DNA of 64,000 bases from Candidatus Omnitrophota bacterium (GTDB taxonomy: Bacteria > Omnitrophota > Omnitrophia > Omnitrophales > Aquincolibacteriaceae). The notes under the pieces are model-generated. The model was not told the origin of the DNA and ran no database searches. It saw only the letters and a list, made by a program, of their open reading frames with translations. Made by a program: the position numbers and the translations under genes. The stretch lies in NCBI GenBank assembly GCA_023247055.1, contig JAHFHF010000005.1, positions 18,985-82,984 of the forward strand, in the 5' to 3' direction. This document shows, piece after piece, positions 15,001 through 21,000 of the stretch (its first letter is position 1; each line of letters starts with the position of its first letter).

Positions 15001-18000
15001 CGTCGCACAAATCGAAAAAAGAGCGCCGAAAAAATTATAGTAAGGAAAATTGTTTCTAGTAGTAATGATGTTTCCGAAGGCGTCGGGTCTGCAAAACCGG
15101 CAGCCCGCTCCGAAATGCGCCTACCAGCGCGAGCCGAAGTGCGGACAGGCAGTATGGCGGAAAGAATCGCTAAAGAAAGGCTTCACCGCCAAGATGTTCT
15201 GGAGCAATTCCGGGAAATGCGTCGCGATCTTTCAACGCGTACAACCATTCGAAAGCAGGTCGGACCAGATATCTGGGAGGATCGGAAGATGACCGAGGCC
15301 GATCGGGAGAAAGAAGCGCGGCGTCTTGACAGGCAAGTCCAATATGCCCAGCAGCGTTTTCTTTTGGATTCGGATGCCCTGATCGCAAAGCAGCTTGCTG
15401 TGAAGGATTCATTCGCGGCTTTGAAAGGGCATCAATCAGGCGCGTTTGGGGATAAAGCCCGTTTCCGCCATGATTTTGAGTTCGCTGTTTCTAATCGTCT
15501 TGGCTCCCTGTTTAATGAGACGCCTCCGAGCGATGCCGACCTGCTTTTTGTCCAAGAAGCCCTGAAGCAAATCCCGGAAGAAATCTCACGCCGCCCGCGA
15601 TGGATTGCGGATGATCAGGGGAATGTTTATTCCTACATTTCGGGAGGCGGGGAGCGATCCTACTATGCAAATGAGCAGACCGGCGAGGGGGTTTATGTTT
15701 ATGGGTACCAACCGCATTATCCCAATGTTGCTCTGAAACACCTGCAACTCTATATCGCCATCATCAACCGGCTGCGCGCTGCTCCTGAATTCCAGAACTC
15801 GAAATTTGCCATTCCCGAGTATGAAGTCGTGGTCCTGCATCAGCCCGGATTCGAACAAAATTTTTATGGGCTTAAAACAAGGCATATTCCGGGGACGCTC
15901 GCAGGCGCAGATACGACCAGATATAGAGCCAAGGTGGATGCTTTTGTGACGCTGGCCAAACGATTGCTGCATGACATGCTCTATGCGGGCTATTTAGTGG
16001 ACGACGGCGAAAATGCTTTGGGCAAGCCTGATACGCATTTTAATAATTTCATCGAGTCTGGGGGCACTTTTTACGGCGTCGATCTGATCACGATGAGCGA
16101 TATCATCAAAGGCGCGGACAGTCTTGCTCGAGACCTCGGCATCCAAAGCCTGCCGGAAAAGGAAGATTTGCCTGCTTACTTGCAATCCCCAACTGCCGAA
16201 AAAATTAAGGAATTGTTTTTTCAGGCCGTGAAGGACTACCAGAACATCCCTCGCTCCGATGCCGGAACGGAAACCGGGCTTTCTATTTCAGACCGGTTGC
16301 TCATTGCGAGGGAAAAGCTGGCGGTTTTTACGCAGGAGCTCGTCAAAAAATGGCTTGAAGGCGCCTATGATGAGCCGGGAGTCAAGCCGGTCGAACTGGG
16401 CAGTCTTGACAAGCCAGAGGTTGTGCAATTAAAAAGGCTTATTGACGGAAATCGTATGGGAGACGCTACGAGTTACGTTGCAGACAAGGAACACCCGCTT
16501 TTTCCCTATCTTCTCTACCTTGTTCAAAGCGATAGCCTGCCTGTTCCGGCAGGCTTTGCCGGCGAAGCGCCCAGCATGAAAGCGACGCTTTTGGAACAGC
16601 TTCAAAACGGCGCCTTGACCAAAGGAAATTTGAATCTTGGAGACTATTTCCGGGATTATCGCGACTGGGACCAATATGGTTTTATCCGCAAAGAAACCGT
16701 GGTGGCCATTGAGCTGAGAAATGAATTTCTAAAGGGCCTTGTACGGGAAAGGCTATTTTCAGGGTTAGTGCCGGCGGCTTTGGATTCCTTGGACAAGTTG
16801 AGCGCGCAATCCGGTGTTGAGATTCCCTCTGAAATCCGCGAAGAATTTACAACGGCATTGTGGAAATATGTGGACCTGGAAATGCAGCAGCAATGGTGGA
16901 GTGTCAGTTCAGAGCGCTTCGGTCCGCTGGACAGTGTGATCATTGAGAAAATCCGGGCCAGCAGCCGTTCCGAGATACGGATCGGCGCAGCCCTTCAACG
17001 GGCGCTGGCAAAAAAGCGCAGCCCTGAAAAAAGAGCTGAATATCTTAGAGATCTGGCTAACGGGCTTGACGATTTTTCAAAATTTTTGCTCATGGACGTG
17101 ACCTATGGGGAAATTCAAAGAACGAGCCATCCCCCCGGCATTGCCAGAATAAAAGAGAATGTGGAGTCTTACGCGCGGGCCCGCGTGGAAATGTTGCTGC
17201 GTTTTGATGAGGAAACGCGCCGGCGTATTGTCGGGGCCAGCGCGACCGAAGACAATGGGCCTAATAATGAGTACGCGCTGAGATCGTTTTTTAAAGCGGT
17301 CGAGGTCTTCGAAAAGTTACTGGGCGCGGACTATGATCCGGCCGGCTTGCGGGAATATCTTGTGAAAATTTTGACCTACTATTTTACGGGCGCGGAATTC
17401 GAGAAGCGATGGAGCAACGATGCGCAGGATTTGCAGGCCATTGTGGAGGGCGAAGCCTTTGACGCAGGCTTTAATGAGATCACTTATGAAAAGATTTCTA
17501 CGGGCACTTTTTCTTATACCCACAAGCCAACCGATGAATGGCTTGGATACGACAGCCGGGTAGTTTTAAAATATACGGACGAAGTCTCGCAAAGAAACGA
17601 ATTTTACAGGTTGACCGGGTTTTATCCGGAAAACGTCCACGACAAACAAGACCTTTTTGCCCCGCCCTATTTTTATTATTCGCAGTTGATCAAAGCCCAT
17701 GTGAATCCCCGGGATCAGGATTTGACAGTTGTTTACGGGGACCTGCGCTACAACAGTAATATCGCGATCCTTCTGATGCAAACCAATGCCGCAAAAGCTT
17801 ATTTGCCTGCCCGCAATAAAGGAACACTTGAGGAAGCACAGGCGGCTCTGGAAAGCTGGGATTTTGAAGAAATTCGCACAAGGGCGGAAGGGCTTGCCCG
17901 GCCTGTGAATGCGCCATTGAGCCTGGGAGGATTCACACAACAGGTCGCCTATGGGAAAAATTTTGCTAAAGCGGTAGTCAATGAACTCAAAGGTCTTGGC

Positions 18001-21000
18001 CTAAAAAAAGAAGATGTGCATGTTTCTCGAGACGAAAAGGGACGCCTCGTTTTTAAATTTCCGTGGGGTTATCCAGGGACGCAGGAGAAAAAAATTCGCA
18101 CGATTATTTTTTCAGATACCGATTTAATCGATGAGGGGGAAAGAAAAAGTTTCATTCAAACGCTCGCCGGCGAAACCATCCATCTTTATTATGAACACCC
18201 GGGCCAAATTAATTTGAGTGGGGAAAGCCTTGAAGCCAAAAATGAATACCCCGCGCTTCTAGCGGACATGGCCAATCTGTTGCCGCCAGACGGGCGGATC
18301 GTGACCGGCCAGTATGATTCCTGGGGCGGGCGGATTGAAGACCGAGGCGGAAATGACGAGAGTGCCGGACGAAACGTTTTGGCCCAGAGTTTTGTTCCGG
18401 AAGATCTTTCGCGGAGTGCACAATGGTGGAGCCGTGGGATTCCGGAAGCACATCGCTTGGGTTTTGGAGGAAACACCCGGATTTTTAAAAGAAGCGGAGG
18501 AGCAGTGGTCTCTCCAGAAACAGCCAGGCCTTCTCTCGAGCAAATACTGCCGCATCGTGAGCAGCCCCTTCGTTTTGCAGGTGATACGAGGATCGACTTC
18601 AAGGCTGTCCCCGACACGAATTATTTTCTCGCCTACGTAAAACAGCTTACCGAGGGAGCAAAGTATTTAAAAGCTTTTGTGGATGCGGTCAATTACCCCG
18701 GAGAAGTTTTGAATGCCGATGCGAACGGAAGAATTGCCAATGATCCGGATCAATTAATTCAAGAAGCTTTTGACCATATCGTCCGTATACGTCAGGGTGA
18801 GGAACAGGCGAATCGCGGCAGAAAAGAATTGGGTTTTGACTCGAAGAATGATTTTAATGATCTGAGCAGGCCGGAGAACCTAGTGGCCATGATGTCCTAC
18901 CTGGCGTTTGGCGAAGTCCTGCCCTGGGACAATGCGGATGACACCTTGAAAGGGCGCTTGCAAAAAGCGCAAAGTCTTGCGCGGTTGTTTGATGAGGCTT
19001 TGCCCCCAACGGAAGATGTGGAAAATGCGGCTCTTCAAACCATCGCCTATAAGGATTCCAAAAGGGCCCGTGGAATTCTTTTGGAAACAGTGGCGGTTTT
19101 TGCGTTAATTGAGGAAATGATCTTAGACTTTGAAAGCAAAGGGGAAGGGACGGATAAAAGTCTGACTTTCGATCAATTTATTCAGGCAGTCCAGAACGAA
19201 CTCAAAGAGATAAAAGAAACTTGGGGCAATAAGCCGAGAGCTCTTGCCAGAACAGAGGATAAAAAGGGAAGAAAGCGGCTGCGCAGAACACAACAGGAGG
19301 AAAGTCTTGTTCATATTCTCATTGAAGACGACCTCAAGGGAATCAAGCAGCTTGCAGAACGCGCCTTGAACATGGCTTTCGGCTACCGGCCTCAAGACCA
19401 AGGCACGGTGGTGACGCTGCCCCGCTCCGAAGTGCGGAGCATTGTGAACGAAGGGCTTCCCGAGACTTATCCTGGGCGAGATATATTCAGCGCTAAAAAT
19501 ATTCTTGAGGGAACGCCGCTGTGGGAGAAATTGAAAGAGTTTAATCATGGAAAATATCCGGCAGTGATTAATGTTTCCGCACAAAGTACTAAAGCCGCGA
19601 AGGAGTCTTTTGACCGGCAAGTTCAGCATCTCGATAAGAAAGAGATCGTTTATGTCTACTTTCAGATCGAAAATAAAGGCCGCATTACTCATCTTGTCAA
19701 TGTGGATGAAGTTCAGGCGATTGATTCGGAAAACCCCGCGCCGCTTGGACGGCACCCTTTTGTTCTGGCATGGATTGAAGATTCTATAGCTCAAAATTTG
19801 CATTTTACCAGAGTCTCTTTGGGCAAGAACGACTCCGGTCAAGCGAATGATCCGCTGCGCGGGCAGGGCCTCATGAAGCCCGTTTTTGGGCGAATGGAGT
19901 CACTCATAAAATCTCGTTTTCAGGGCTGGACAATCTCTTCCCTGGCGCTGGATGAAAGCGGAAGTGTTCAAAAATTCCTTTCCCATTTTTCAGGAGTGCG
20001 GCACATCACCACGGCACAGGAGGTTCTTCTTGACGATCGCGGTTATGAAAAAATAAGTGAGGGTGATCCGCAGCGATGGGGAAAATTTGTTATGGGCCGT
20101 ATCGCGGCTGGAAGAGATCGCTTGGATCAACCCGCGGCGTATGGTGAAGATAACAAACAGTTAGAAAATTTTTTAAATGAAAGAATTTCAGAAATTCAAG
20201 CTCGCCTTGCTCATTTAAGAGAGGATGTTCAGCACAGGCTTGCCGTGTTGCAAGCGAATTGGGATCAGGAAAGAAGCGATGCTCCACGAAAGGCCAGCCG
20301 TGTTATTTCCGCTATGATAGATCTGATGCGTGGGGATCCTGCCCGTGTGCTTATGTTGGAAGATATTGAGAGGGATCACCAAAGAAAAGGGCTTGATTAT
20401 GGGCAAGAGCAGACGCGTCATCTGGAGAAGGCTCTTCTAGGCCGTATTGAATATAAACAAAAAATCATCAAGAACTCAATTGTATCGCCAGTCATAGTTC
20501 TGGAAAGACAGCTTCACTTTTTTGAAGCAGCACTTCGGTCGCTGCAAGGCGGTGAGGACGCCGCAGGAGCAAGCTTTAAAGCAGAACAAAATGCCGAAAG
20601 ACTCTTTGACAAACTTGCTGAGACTGGCTATGTCGGGGCATGGAATTTTGAACTGCGGGCCAAGGATAAAACGGGCCGTGAGGTTGAAAGATGGAGTGAG
20701 GCGGAAACCCTCGTATTGGAGGTGCGGCTTAAAACGGATGTCGTGGGGCAAATTGCTCTTGATAGGACGCAGCTTCAATTAGCGGGAGACATCTATAAGG
20801 TTTTAGGTGAGAAATTAGCAAGCTTAAAACCGGCTGATTTAACAGGGGCTCAAGAAAGTTTCCGCGCATTTTTTTTAAAAGATCTTGCTCAGTTAAGCCA
20901 GTCGGAGTCTGCTGATATCACAAGAAATACTCGAGATCGTGAGGAGATAGCTTTTGATATGGCCAGTCGTGTTTTGGTTGGCTTTTCTAAAAAAATAGTT

